This document shows positions 19,304 through 29,505 of a DNA stretch of 33,249 nucleotides, piece after piece. The notes below the pieces were generated by a model, which saw nothing but the letters and a program-made list of their open reading frames with translations, searched no databases and had not been told where the DNA came from. The translations under genes were made by a program, and so were the position numbers. The DNA is from Stramenopiles sp. TOSAG23-2 (Eukaryota), in NCBI GenBank assembly GCA_900128395.1, contig LT649359.1, positions 1 to 33,249 on the forward strand, in the 5' to 3' direction. Each line of letters opens with the position of its first letter. Within the stretch, counting starts at the first letter, position 1.

Positions 19304-21301
19304 ATGTCTTTAAATGATTGGGTAACACGTCAGGCAAAAGGGGGAGGTCAAGATGATAAAAGTAACAAGAGGCGAAGGAAAAAGCCAAAACAGTTTGATG
19401 ATGAGAAAACAATGATGTATAGATTGCGTTTTGCTGGTAAATACGTTGAAGATAAAAAAAACACGTTTGATCGCATATCTCGGGGCCCAGATAAACGTGT
19501 CCATGCTTCTAGGGAAGCCCGGCGACGTATGGTCCAAGAACAAGAAAAAAGAGAAACGGAGGCACGTAAAATTAAACGAGTCCAAGCACGTGATAAGGCA
19601 ATATTAAGAGAGTTAAACTTAGGTGAATTTGAAAAAGCTAGGACTGAGCAAAACGTAGCAAGCGCATTTCAAGAGAAGTTTGGAGTGTTATCGGAAAAAT
19701 ATGCTTATATAAGTAAAGTTGAACAACAATTGACAATAAAGTTACAACAGATAGAAGATTCACGCACTAAAAAAGTATTGGCAAATAGAGCAACACCAGC
19801 CATGCTAACAAAAGATGTTGAGATGTTGGAACGCTTAGTTTTAACGCGCCAACAGCGAACAAGTTCAGTAGACCATAGAAACGATATGAAAAAAAATCGC
19901 ATCGATGGACAACGTCTTACATTGGTGTTGCAAAAAGAAAAACTTACGAAACTGTTAAACAAAAGAAATGAACGAGAAGCGTCAATACGACGATTGTTGC
20001 TAAAGGAACAGGAAATGTCTAAGGAAACAGAAAAATTCGATGTAACAAATAATGCATTGTCAACACTATTATCAGAGGATGCAAAAGCATTTAAATTAAA
20101 ATGGAAAAAGCAGATGCATTTGCTTCACATGGCACAACAATCGAAGAAGAAAAATGCTGTAAAAGACAAGGGACACATAGAACACGCCAAGAAGATAGAT
20201 ATGCTACGAAGAAAAGCATCGTTACATGCAATGGAACGGAGTAAAGAAAAATCAGTGAAAGAAAAGCGTAAGCAGTATATAGACTCCATGGAAGAGGCAT
20301 TTGAAACAATTACACGTGAAACTGGGATAGAATCCTTGGATGAACTTGTAGATACATTTTTACGATCCGAACATAGGAATTTTAGTGTTTACAACCATAT
20401 TAATGAATTAAATAGAAATATAGAAGAAGCAGTAGCACAGACACGGATATTAAAGACTGAATTAAGCCGCTATTCAAAACAATATAGTAAATCGGGAGTA
20501 TCAAGAACCGAAAAAGTCAACGAATTAAGTAAAAAGAGAGAGAGATTAGAGCAAAAAGCGCAAGAGTACATAGCTAGTACAGAAAAATATGAAGCAGTTT
20601 CGAAAAAAATACAACCGTCGATGTTAAAATTATTTTCAATGATGGGATGTGATCAACAAGATCTAAATAAAGAATTAGTGAAAAATGGTATAAATGATTT
20701 AAATATTCAAAGTGTGCTGGGAATTATGGAACAACAAGCGACAACGATAGCGAACTTGTATAGAACATCGACTGGGGATCAGGAGGAAAAACCAAAAAAG
20801 AAAGATAAAGCGTTGGATGATGGTAGTGCAGTAATTGGGTTATTATCAGCTCAGTCTGTCAAAGCACCTATGCCACCATCGTTTGGTGATTTTGATCCAG
20901 ATGGAAATGAACAAGGAAAGCATGGTAGTAGAAGAGGAAGCATGCTGACGGTAGCACCTGTGGATGTCACAAACGTAAGACTTGATGTAAAACAACGATT
21001 GGAAACAGGTAACTACAGGAAACATAGAGTAATACGCCGAGTAAATGCCAATAATTTAAGTAACGAAGAAAGAGAACAGCAAATGAAACAAATCAAAGCA
21101 ATGCAAAAAAAACTCAGGAAAGAGAAGCAATCAGGAGACGATTCCGATTTTGATTCTGATGATGAAGATAAGCATCATCAAAAAAGTAGAAGAGCTACTG
21201 GTATGGCTGGGCGTAGATCAAGTATAGCAATAAATGATGATAAGGAAAATAAGAAAAAAAGGCGACAATCTAGTGTTGGCATGAGAAGGGTTTTGGTGTA
21301 A
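19304..21301 (+). CDS. Outer dynein arm docking complex coiled-coil subunit (DC2/CCDC114/CCDC63-like)
   Basis: 665-aa coiled coil containing EEAFETITRETGIESLDELVDTFLRSEHRNFSVYNHINELN, the conserved core of this family, and INDLNIQSVLGIMEQ. Confidence 0.8.
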   Translation: MSLNDWVTRQAKGGGQDDKSNKRRRKKPKQFDDEKTMMYRLRFAGKYVEDKKNTFDRISRGPDKRVHASREARRRMVQEQEKRETEARKIKRVQARDKAILRELNLGEFEKARTEQNVASAFQEKFGVLSEKYAYISKVEQQLTIKLQQIEDSRTKKVLANRATPAMLTKDVEMLERLVLTRQQRTSSVDHRNDMKKNRIDGQRLTLVLQKEKLTKLLNKRNEREASIRRLLLKEQEMSKETEKFDVTNNALSTLLSEDAKAFKLKWKKQMHLLHMAQQSKKKNAVKDKGHIEHAKKIDMLRRKASLHAMERSKEKSVKEKRKQYIDSMEEAFETITRETGIESLDELVDTFLRSEHRNFSVYNHINELNRNIEEAVAQTRILKTELSRYSKQYSKSGVSRTEKVNELSKKRERLEQKAQEYIASTEKYEAVSKKIQPSMLKLFSMMGCDQQDLNKELVKNGINDLNIQSVLGIMEQQATTIANLYRTSTGDQEEKPKKKDKALDDGSAVIGLLSAQSVKAPMPPSFGDFDPDGNEQGKHGSRRGSMLTVAPVDVTNVRLDVKQRLETGNYRKHRVIRRVNANNLSNEEREQQMKQIKAMQKKLRKEKQSGDDSDFDSDDEDKHHQKSRRATGMAGRRSSIAINDDKENKKKRRQSSVGMRRVLV

Positions 21302-21433
21302 AAAAAATATACGAGTCGTATTAACAAGAGATACGAAACATATATATACGAATTCGTACAAATATCATATATATGATATTTATATCATATTATTGCATTT
21401 TATCAATATTCTTGCGCTCTCTTTTTTTACTCT

Positions 21434-22714
21434 TCATTTCTCATTCATATACATAGCTAATTCAACAGTACCACTTGGCCATAATTTTAAAGCATACAAT
21501 GTATTTCCCTTGCTATCATCATAATCCATATTTACTGCTGGAAACATTGTCGTATTTTTCAAAATCCATTCACCTGATGCAATTTTCATTGGAATGACGG
21601 AATTTAAGCTACCTAACCAATTCAATATACTATCTTGCAAGGAGCAATCAGATGGAAAACGACGCGTATATCGTTTTTCACTAATGACAAATGTAATCTT
21701 AGTTTGCTGGCCTTCCCCAATTGTTGGTTCTGCTGGACATCTTTCAAGATATTCCTTACGTTTCTGTACTTCCATACCACCCAATGCACTATTACTATTA
21801 ATCGTTAACAATTCCATGATACGATTAAATTCAATTTCTTTCAATTTCCTTTGATACATCTTTGATTTTTTTTGATCTTCCAGGACTGATGATGCAACGT
21901 ACAATAACCCAATATCAACCCTTGGCATAAATAAATGTTCATCCGTTTTTTGAAATCCAATTAAGACTAAAAAATCAGTTGCACCAGGTGTATATCGTAT
22001 TGTTCTCTCAAACTTTTTATTAGACCAACGCAATTTTCGATATTTTTCATCATTTGGCTTATCACGTATTGTTTTTATAATCGTTATACAAGTATCGAGT
22101 GCAATTGGATTTGCACTTAATATTTTTGCTTGTTTTGTTAATTTTTTTTCAATAGGCTTTTCTGAAGCTACTTTTTTATTGTTATTATTTTTATTACTAT
22201 TCAACGTTAAATCAATTGTATTGTTAGTTTTATTCATCGTGCTAGCATTTTTGCTGTTGTTCTTCACAGGTGAGATGTTTTTCCGTTTATTATTATTATG
22301 ACTTTTATTCTTTTTATTACTTGCTTTGCCAGTTTGTCTCCATGTCATGCGATTTTCAGCAGCAGCAAGCATAGCTTCTCTACTTGCAGTTGAATTGTTG
22401 CTATTATTACTACCACGTCTACCTGAGTTATTTTTTGGACTATAACCAGTGCTATTACCACCACCACGATTGTTTGTGGCAGCCCGTTTCTTTGCCATCT
22501 CCTCTTGATTTTTTTGACGCAAAATAAATGCAATTGCATTCTCAACATTGCCGTTACATTGTTCCAACGCAATTCTACAGCTATTTGTATCGAAACCCAT
22601 ATTCATCATTTGGGTAATTTTAAAATCAATATTACCACGTGTTGATGATGATGATGAGGAGGCGCCTGTTCTGCTTCCAGACCTTCCAGACGATGATGAA
22701 TTTTTATTTCCCAT
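21434..22714 (-). CDS. UBA-PUB-UBX domain p97/Cdc48 adaptor
   Basis: UBA (MMNMGFD..CRIALEQCNGNVENAIAFIL), PUB (PNDEKYRKLRWSNKKF..GATDFLVLIGF) and UBX-like (TKITF....RYTRRFP..TTMFP..L..LKLWPSGTV). Confidence 0.85.
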   Translation of the reverse strand: MGNKNSSSSGRSGSRTGASSSSSSTRGNIDFKITQMMNMGFDTNSCRIALEQCNGNVENAIAFILRQKNQEEMAKKRAATNNRGGGNSTGYSPKNNSGRRGSNNSNNSTASREAMLAAAENRMTWRQTGKASNKKNKSHNNNKRKNISPVKNNSKNASTMNKTNNTIDLTLNSNKNNNNKKVASEKPIEKKLTKQAKILSANPIALDTCITIIKTIRDKPNDEKYRKLRWSNKKFERTIRYTPGATDFLVLIGFQKTDEHLFMPRVDIGLLYVASSVLEDQKKSKMYQRKLKEIEFNRIMELLTINSNSALGGMEVQKRKEYLERCPAEPTIGEGQQTKITFVISEKRYTRRFPSDCSLQDSILNWLGSLNSVIPMKIASGEWILKNTTMFPAVNMDYDDSKGNTLYALKLWPSGTVELAMYMNEK

Positions 22715-23022
22715 TGGCCTCTTTTTGTTAGTATATATATTTTGTGTTTCTAAGTAAGAATAATATGTTTATGTTATCGATTTCAAATAATTGTGGAAAT
22801 GGAATAGATTGATTTTCCTTTTTCTAATTCTTCTTTTTATTCTTTTTATTCATTCAATTTTTTTTTGTTCAATATATTTTTTTTGATTGTTGTTTATGTT
22901 GTGATGGATGATTTAGATTGATTGATGTATAATTATTGGCACGTTGTTTTTGTTCCATGGTTTTGCATTGTTGTTCTTGTTTTATTGTTGCCTGTCCTTC
23001 CACCTTCACATAGCATTAGATG

Positions 23023-23115
23023 GGATTGCTGGATTGCCAGATTTCCTGGATTTCTGGATTGCCACTTAAAAATTGCCGAATTTCCGAATTGCCTGTGCCA
23101 AGGTTTTGCCGAATT
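23023..23115. repeat. Degenerate 8-mer tandem array (RRATTKCY)
   Basis: ggattgct ggattgcc agatttcct ggatttct ggattgcc ... aaattgcc gaatttcc gaattgcc, in a divergent intergenic spacer. Confidence 0.8.
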
Positions 23116-23167
23116 ATGATAGTAATTATTAGAATAAAATGCTGGATGGATGGATTATTTGCATGAT

Positions 23168-23202
23168 GCCAGCTGCTGGGCCAGCTGGCCAGCTGGGCCA
23201 GC
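23168..23202. repeat. GC-rich GCCAGCTGG tandem/palindromic tract
   Basis: gccagctgctgggccagctggccagctgggccagc; shares ggccagctgggccagc with the tract at 7467-7482. Confidence 0.85.
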
Positions 23203-23426
23203 ACAACATAGCTTTACGCACATACCAGCATATATACAACAAATTCAAAACAAAAAAACAAAAGAAGCCTCAACAAAACAACATCATTCCAATCATAGAG
23301 AATATAAAAATAATAATGCAGAAAATAATAATATAGATTTATTAAGAAAACGAAAACACACATATATATGACATACATAGAATTGTTGTATATATATATA
23401 TATATTAATAATAGAAAGAACGAAAA

Positions 23427-25250
23427 ATGATTGTATCAAAAAAAATCATTTGTAATATTTTAAATCTTTTCATTTTTGTTTTTTTTTCAATATTAATTAA
23501 ATTAGTAAAAGCGAAAAGATATGATGTTGTAGTATATGATGCAACCTCAGGTGGAGTTATGGCAGCAATATCTTCAGCAAGGAAAAATTTAAATACAATC
23601 TTGATTTGCTCATCATGGCCATCGTGTTTTGAAGAGGGTGGTTTTGTCATTGGTGGTATGTCAAGTGGAGGCTTAGGACAAACTGATATTGGACAAACGT
23701 ATCCATATATAGGCGGACTAGCAAAAGAATTTTATTATCGTAACCATCAATTTTACATTAAAAATGCAAAAAACAAGGTAAAAGATACAAGTGGAGCAAA
23801 CTGTCGTTTGCCAACAACATCTTGTAATGAAACTTTCAATTTAGAGCCACATGTAGCTCAATATATTTTTAAAGAAATGGTTGATGAAGCTGGTGTCAAA
23901 ATTATATATAGTGCTCAAATTTTATCTGTAACTATGGATGGAAATCGTATTCAGTCAATCACTATGACAAATGGTCTTAAAATTGATGGCAAAATATTCC
24001 TTGATGCATCTTATGAAGGTGATTTAATGGCAGCTGCAAATGTATCATATACCACTGGACGTGAAGGAAGAGAGAAATACAATGAATCTTTAGCTGGTAT
24101 GTCTGGTGGCTCAAAGAAAAATCAATTTAATTTAAAAGTAAATCCATATGATAATGATGGAAAACCATTACCGTTCATAACAAAAGAATTACCATCCTCT
24201 TCATCGCAGTACAACAAACAAACAGACAAAGAAAAAGTGGGCAGTGGTGATAATATTATTCAATCATACAATTTTCGTCTTTGTTTAACAAAAAATAAAA
24301 GTAATTTGGTTCCATTTTCAAAACCAAGTAATTACAATCGAAATGATTGGGAATTATTAAAAAGATATGTAAATGCATGTAAGGATAACCCGGATAAATG
24401 CCAAATAGGATTCCCATCTTGTAATTTAGGTATTCTTCCTAATTCAAAAGTTGATATGAATAATTGTGGTGGTTTTTCATCTGATTTAATTGGCGGTTCA
24501 TTACATTATCCATTAGCAGATTATGAAACAAGGAAGCAAATTTGGTATGATCATTTGAACTATCAGCAAGGTTTATTATACTTTTTATCTACTGATCCAA
24601 GTATTCCATTGGATATTAGAAATGAAATGAACGATTGGGGTCTTTGTGCTGATGAATTTAATCAGAACAAGCTTGCAAAAAATTGGCCACCGGCATTGTA
24701 TGTACGTGGTGCTAGGAGAATGATTGGCTCTCAAATTTTTACACAAAATACACCAGCAAAGCAACGTATGAATGATGGAAATATTGGGAATCTTAGTATT
24801 TGCATAGGTGGATACAATTTCGATTCTCATAATGGCCAGAGAATTGCATGTAAAAATACTTCATCCTGTTACAATCTAGAACCATCACCAAATACATTGA
24901 ATAATAATAACAACGTAAAAATGGCAAGAAATGACGATGATGATATGCCCTTTGCATGGGATGAAGGCGATGTTGAAATTAATCCAGGTTTATATCAAAT
25001 ACCATATTGGATTTTAATACCAAAACTAAATGAGGTTAATAATTTATTAAATATAGCAACTCCGTCAGCAAGTCATATTGGTATGTCGACACTTAGGATG
25101 GAACCGCAATTCATGATGTTAGGTCATGCAGCTGGAACTGCATCATACGTTGCCATTCAAAGCGATGAAAACGTAATTCCCGTGCAAAAAATTGATTTAA
25201 ATAGATTGAATAAATTATTATTAGAGGAAGATATGATCTTAAATGTTTGA
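23427..25250 (+). CDS. Secreted FAD-dependent oxidoreductase (FAD_oxidored family, bacterial type)
   Basis: 607 aa. Signal peptide, then YDVVVYDATSGGVMAAIS, GGMSSGGLG.TD, DASYEGDLMAAANVSY..GRE, IQSYNFRLCLT, LYVRGARRMIG, YNFDSH, YQIPY..L.PK and SASHI..STLRMEP.FM.LG.AAG. Confidence 0.88.
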   Translation: MIVSKKIICNILNLFIFVFFSILIKLVKAKRYDVVVYDATSGGVMAAISSARKNLNTILICSSWPSCFEEGGFVIGGMSSGGLGQTDIGQTYPYIGGLAKEFYYRNHQFYIKNAKNKVKDTSGANCRLPTTSCNETFNLEPHVAQYIFKEMVDEAGVKIIYSAQILSVTMDGNRIQSITMTNGLKIDGKIFLDASYEGDLMAAANVSYTTGREGREKYNESLAGMSGGSKKNQFNLKVNPYDNDGKPLPFITKELPSSSSQYNKQTDKEKVGSGDNIIQSYNFRLCLTKNKSNLVPFSKPSNYNRNDWELLKRYVNACKDNPDKCQIGFPSCNLGILPNSKVDMNNCGGFSSDLIGGSLHYPLADYETRKQIWYDHLNYQQGLLYFLSTDPSIPLDIRNEMNDWGLCADEFNQNKLAKNWPPALYVRGARRMIGSQIFTQNTPAKQRMNDGNIGNLSICIGGYNFDSHNGQRIACKNTSSCYNLEPSPNTLNNNNNVKMARNDDDDMPFAWDEGDVEINPGLYQIPYWILIPKLNEVNNLLNIATPSASHIGMSTLRMEPQFMMLGHAAGTASYVAIQSDENVIPVQKIDLNRLNKLLLEEDMILNV

Positions 25251-25282
25251 ATATATATATATATATATATATACATATATAT
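25251..25282. repeat. (AT)n microsatellite
   Basis: An AT dinucleotide run directly after the oxidoreductase stop codon; similar runs occur near 11400, 23390 and 29725. Confidence 0.9.
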
Positions 25283-25614
25283 TATTTTTGTAATACAGTA
25301 TATACAGTATTTGTTATTATTCTAGAATTATTATTATTGCTATTGTTCTAATTGACTAATTGGGGTTTAATTAAAAAATAATTGTTTTCTTGTTTTTGTA
25401 AGAGATATTAGTGACATACTAAAATTATACTTAATCTGTTAAATACAGTACCTTATAAGTTGCTATATAATAAATACCAGGCATCATAATATGCACATAT
25501 ATATATACTTCTATAATAAAAACGAAAATAATATATATATTTAATAAATTGAAAAGATAGAATATAATATGAAAAAATAGAAACAAGAAAATAACACCAT
25601 GTCTATATAACACC

Positions 25615-25911
25615 ATGTCCAACTTTAAAGTAGCATTAGGAGAGTTGAAAGAAACAAATCAAGTGGTGGAAGATACTGTCGAATATTGTGAATCATTATT
25701 GACGCAGTTTATGCAGCAAGATGGGATTGATGAAAATATTACAATTGAAGCAAAAGAATGTGTACAAAATGCTATAGAGCACGTAGTGGAACATGTAAAT
25801 GCTACTGGCGAGCAATTAAATTTGGCTTTGAAAAAAGAAGAAGCTAAATCCGAAAGCATTGTAAAACAAATAGATCAAATAAGTAAACGAATAAAAAAAT
25901 TAGAGAGTTGA
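25615..25911 (+). CDS. Small Abi/ABIL-like protein (SCAR/WAVE complex helical N-terminal region only)
   Basis: 98 aa. FKVALGELK.......VEYCE and EAKECVQNAIEHVVEHVN.....L...L match the recalled pattern of the ABIL N-terminus (F.KAL.ELK......A.YCE...KDY...A....V.H). Confidence 0.65.
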   Translation: MSNFKVALGELKETNQVVEDTVEYCESLLTQFMQQDGIDENITIEAKECVQNAIEHVVEHVNATGEQLNLALKKEEAKSESIVKQIDQISKRIKKLES

Positions 25912-26315
25912 TGTATTGTCGTGTATGTTTATAATATTATTTTTTATTTTTTATAAATATATTATATTCAAGATTATTATTGATATCATAATTCTCGTAT
26001 ATATATTATTAGAGAGAGGTCTGGGAGGTGTGATGAGGTGTGTTTTGTGTTTTAGCAAACTCTTAGGACACCGTATAGGACACACATGTGTGTATAAAAT
26101 TTATATATTTTTATATTATCAATGATAAAAACAGTATCTATTTTACGAACAGATTTCAAATCTCTCCCTAACTTCTCTTTCTCTTTTTCTTACACCACAC
26201 ATTCATTTTTTTAAAACCTTTTTTGAATCCGTGCACCTGTCTTTTTCATTTTTTATTACATTTGTTTTACATAATGGTATACATTTACAGTGTACCTAAT
26301 TGTTTTGTTTTACTA

Positions 26316-27734
26316 TTATTTTTTATTGTTATTACATCCTCCTAATTTTACAAAAATTTCACATAAACTATCAGCCAACTTCATTTCATCCTCCGGATCA
26401 AAACGAATGCATGGTAAGTTCACTTCTTTTGCCACTCTAATGTTTTCCACGTCATCATCAATTAATAAAGTTTCATATGGCATAACGTTGTCCTGCATGC
26501 ACTCTTTTAAAACAGAACTAATATGCTGCAATTTCCCTTTAAATTCACGGTCAATGTGCGATGGAAAATATTCTTTCAATGCATCGATGCCATCCCATGT
26601 ATCATCACAACAACGAATGCTGTATTGGCTATGATCCGTATCATTACCATTGCTTTTGCTGCTTGTTTTGATGTTCATAATTTTCTGTAGAACTTCTGTA
26701 ATCAATTTCGTTTGCCCAGAAAAAGTTACAATCGATACATGTATTTGAAATCGCTGTGCTGCTTGTACTAAATGTATGAAAAACGGCCTTACATTATTGT
26801 ATAACTCATCTGCGTTGCCATACCATTGCCCTCTCGTATGTACCTTTAACACGGTATTGTCCCAATCTAGTGCCAACAATTTAATACCAGCTTTTTTGCC
26901 ACGTTGCATGATTTCATTTGCCAAGCTTTTTGTTGGCTTTATAAACTTCTCCCCGTTCACACCTAGCGTTTCCAAAACGTCAGTCAATGAAGCGGAGCGA
27001 GAACGAATATGTCTTGATGTAAAATGAAGTGGTGGGCGTGACAATTCTTGCGAAATATCACTAGTTGTCGTTCGTCGTGTTGGTCTATGAAACGGACTTG
27101 TACTATCTTCTACCTCTTCTAATATTGGCGATGCTCTGTCGTAATCATACTCCTCATCTCGTGGAGTGATAACATCAGATGGCGATCCCGTGTCGTTTGG
27201 CGAACCTTGTTGCCTCCCCCCTCTTCGTCGTTTTGCGAAAAATGTTGGTGAAAAATCATCATCGTTGTCGTCTAAATTACTACTATTATTACGATTTTTA
27301 CCACCGCTATTGCTATTGGTGCTACTACCACTGCCTCTTCTACTATTGCGATAAAACGGTGTATGCGATGATTTAGAGTTTGATCTGCAGCCTTTCTTTC
27401 CAGAGTTCAAAAGTAACGATGCGCACAGATCCGAAACTGTCTCTACACTTGGAAATCCATCTAAAGTTTTTTCATTAGACATACTTAGTGCAGAATCACG
27501 TTTACTTATCCGTGAAGGACGATTTGGTATACTCATTCTTTTTGTTATCATTGGTGTTGTTTTTTGTTTTTTAGCTGTACTTTTATTAGTGGAACCATGT
27601 GAGCCCCGTCGTTTCCGGTTGAAGTTCGGGGTATACACATGTTTATTTATGGTTGCTGTACTACCATTGACACTATTTTCTTTCTCAAATGCATCACGTG
27701 GCGATTTCTTTCTACTACTACTTAACATGTTCAT
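26316..27734 (-). CDS. HAD-superfamily phosphatase-like domain with long disordered Ser/Arg-rich N-terminus
   Basis: Motif I LLALDWDNTV, motif II SIVTFS, motif III GKLQHI and motif IV LLIDDDVENI. Confidence 0.82.
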   Translation of the reverse strand: MNMLSSSRKKSPRDAFEKENSVNGSTATINKHVYTPNFNRKRRGSHGSTNKSTAKKQKTTPMITKRMSIPNRPSRISKRDSALSMSNEKTLDGFPSVETVSDLCASLLLNSGKKGCRSNSKSSHTPFYRNSRRGSGSSTNSNSGGKNRNNSSNLDDNDDDFSPTFFAKRRRGGRQQGSPNDTGSPSDVITPRDEEYDYDRASPILEEVEDSTSPFHRPTRRTTTSDISQELSRPPLHFTSRHIRSRSASLTDVLETLGVNGEKFIKPTKSLANEIMQRGKKAGIKLLALDWDNTVLKVHTRGQWYGNADELYNNVRPFFIHLVQAAQRFQIHVSIVTFSGQTKLITEVLQKIMNIKTSSKSNGNDTDHSQYSIRCCDDTWDGIDALKEYFPSHIDREFKGKLQHISSVLKECMQDNVMPYETLLIDDDVENIRVAKEVNLPCIRFDPEDEMKLADSLCEIFVKLGGCNNNKK

Positions 27735-28656
27735 GTTGTTTTTATATTCCTATCTCCTATATTTACTATTAATTTGGTTTTTCTATTAAAATATATATTG
27801 TCTTCTTTACACCTTGCAAACGACACACACACACTAACTATCTAAACTATTTCCTATAAACTATTGATTAGTAGAATTCTATGATAATTCTGCACTATTC
27901 GTCGCCTTACACGCGTCTAATTGATACTATCAATTGATATCTATCTTTTACATATATATATCTATGACTAATATATATCAATATATATGTATTTTCATAT
28001 ATCCAGCCTTCCATCTAATACAATTCTTCATACTATTTCAATAGTATTTTATATTGACCACGGTTAATATTTTTTACTAAGTACACACCATTGCACCAAT
28101 CCATAAAATTAAAACGTTGCTCCCTCAAAGTGAAGCACCGCACGCCACCAAAAATTCTCGGGAAGAAAAACGCTAAATTGGCTCTGGAAAAAGATGTAGT
28201 TTATTTTTATAGGTATGATTGATTATATTTATATACTAATATCTAATAATCGGATATTTATTTGAATAATAATGGATATAATGGTATTTTAATATGTAGT
28301 TCTTAGTATGGATATAGCATCCTTTGTATAAATCTTGGTAATAATTTTTTTTCCTTCCATAATGTTTAGTCAATGTCTCTGATGTCTGTTGATTTACCAG
28401 GCCACCAGGCAGGTAACCGTTTTGGAGGTGATATTTTTTGATCGTTTTCTTCTTCCATTATATTTAGTGTATTTTTTATAATATATATATTGTTTGTATA
28501 ACTTTTTAAATATTAAACTGTATTAGGTGTAGAGAGGTTCAAATAGTACAACAGAGGAAACAAAATATAATACAATTAACATAATAAAAAAGACGACGGA
28601 GAAAAAACTATATATTCCATATATATATAAAGTAAACAAACAAAGGAAACAGAATA

Positions 28657-29505
28657 ATGAATTTAGCTCATGTTAGTAAAATTGCTGGCTTTGGTGGTGG
28701 ATTAAATGTAGAAGAACGTTTTGCATTAAAAGCTGCTATAATGAAATTACGTGGCGAAGGTGCTGGTAAAGTATCGTTTTGGGGTAAAATCAATGGTTCC
28801 GCACGTGATTATTTAATATGTTGTACTGCTGATAGTTCATCTACATTCCCAGCAAAAAACTTTTATTATTGCACAAGTGGTGATTATGAATTAAAAAAAT
28901 TGATTAAAAGATCTTTAAACGGTAAACAACTTGCCAACGCACAAAAGTTACAATATACACATGCATTTATAGGTGATCCAGCGAAACCTATTGGACCAGA
29001 AGGTGAAGAGGAAGAGAAAGAAGCAGAGGAAGGTGTTACGCCATCAGATATGACATACCGTGAAGTACACCAATTGGCATATGTTGTATGGGCTGTAGAT
29101 AATGCTACATCTATCGTACCACGTGGTTCCTATTCCATGGCATCAAATGGTGCTTTAGTACCAAACCCTAGTTTCGCAGGTTTGTCATCACAAGAGGCAA
29201 CAAATATCTCAAGTTATTACCATTTAAGGCCACCACAAGCAAGAGCAAAAGAATGGGCTAATAAAACTGGCGCAGCAAAAATGGAAAATATATTGGATCA
29301 AGTTGGTGCATCTAGATCAGCAAACCAAGGTCCATCACCAGTGGGTGCATGGGCGGCCGGGCTAAATAACACTGCTGATACGGTTCATGTAAGAAGTTTG
29401 GAATATCCAGGTTATTTCTTTTTCCATGATTTGGAAGATGGTACACATGGTGGTGCATATTTTGGTGATGGTAAATTCAATCGTGATTTGGGTTTCATGC
29501 TTTAA
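28657..29505 (+). CDS. RSPH9: Radial spoke head protein 9
   Basis: 282 aa. VSFWGKING..RDYLI, F.GDP, RE...LAYVV..VD..TSIVPRGSY, NPSFAGLS, YYHLR, VRSL.YPGYFFFH and YFGDG..N.DL.FML. Confidence 0.9.
   Translation: MNLAHVSKIAGFGGGLNVEERFALKAAIMKLRGEGAGKVSFWGKINGSARDYLICCTADSSSTFPAKNFYYCTSGDYELKKLIKRSLNGKQLANAQKLQYTHAFIGDPAKPIGPEGEEEEKEAEEGVTPSDMTYREVHQLAYVVWAVDNATSIVPRGSYSMASNGALVPNPSFAGLSSQEATNISSYYHLRPPQARAKEWANKTGAAKMENILDQVGASRSANQGPSPVGAWAAGLNNTADTVHVRSLEYPGYFFFHDLEDGTHGGAYFGDGKFNRDLGFML

Noticed and set aside
23023-23115. Repeat array considered as CRISPR-like or telomeric
   Set aside because: The units are 8-9 nt, degenerate and have no spacers; there are no cas genes and the context is eukaryotic and internal.
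23016-23371. Short ORFs across the GC-rich repeats upstream of the oxidoreductase
   Set aside because: They arise from stop-poor simple repeats and have no protein-like composition.
27919-27935. Perfect hairpin AATTGATA-C-TATCAATT
   Set aside because: A short AT-rich palindrome expected by chance at this base composition; no second copy seen.
12560-29505. Functional cluster of flagellar genes (MORN, ODA-DC, RSPH9)
   Set aside because: They are interspersed with unrelated housekeeping genes, and flagellar genes are numerous enough for this to be chance.
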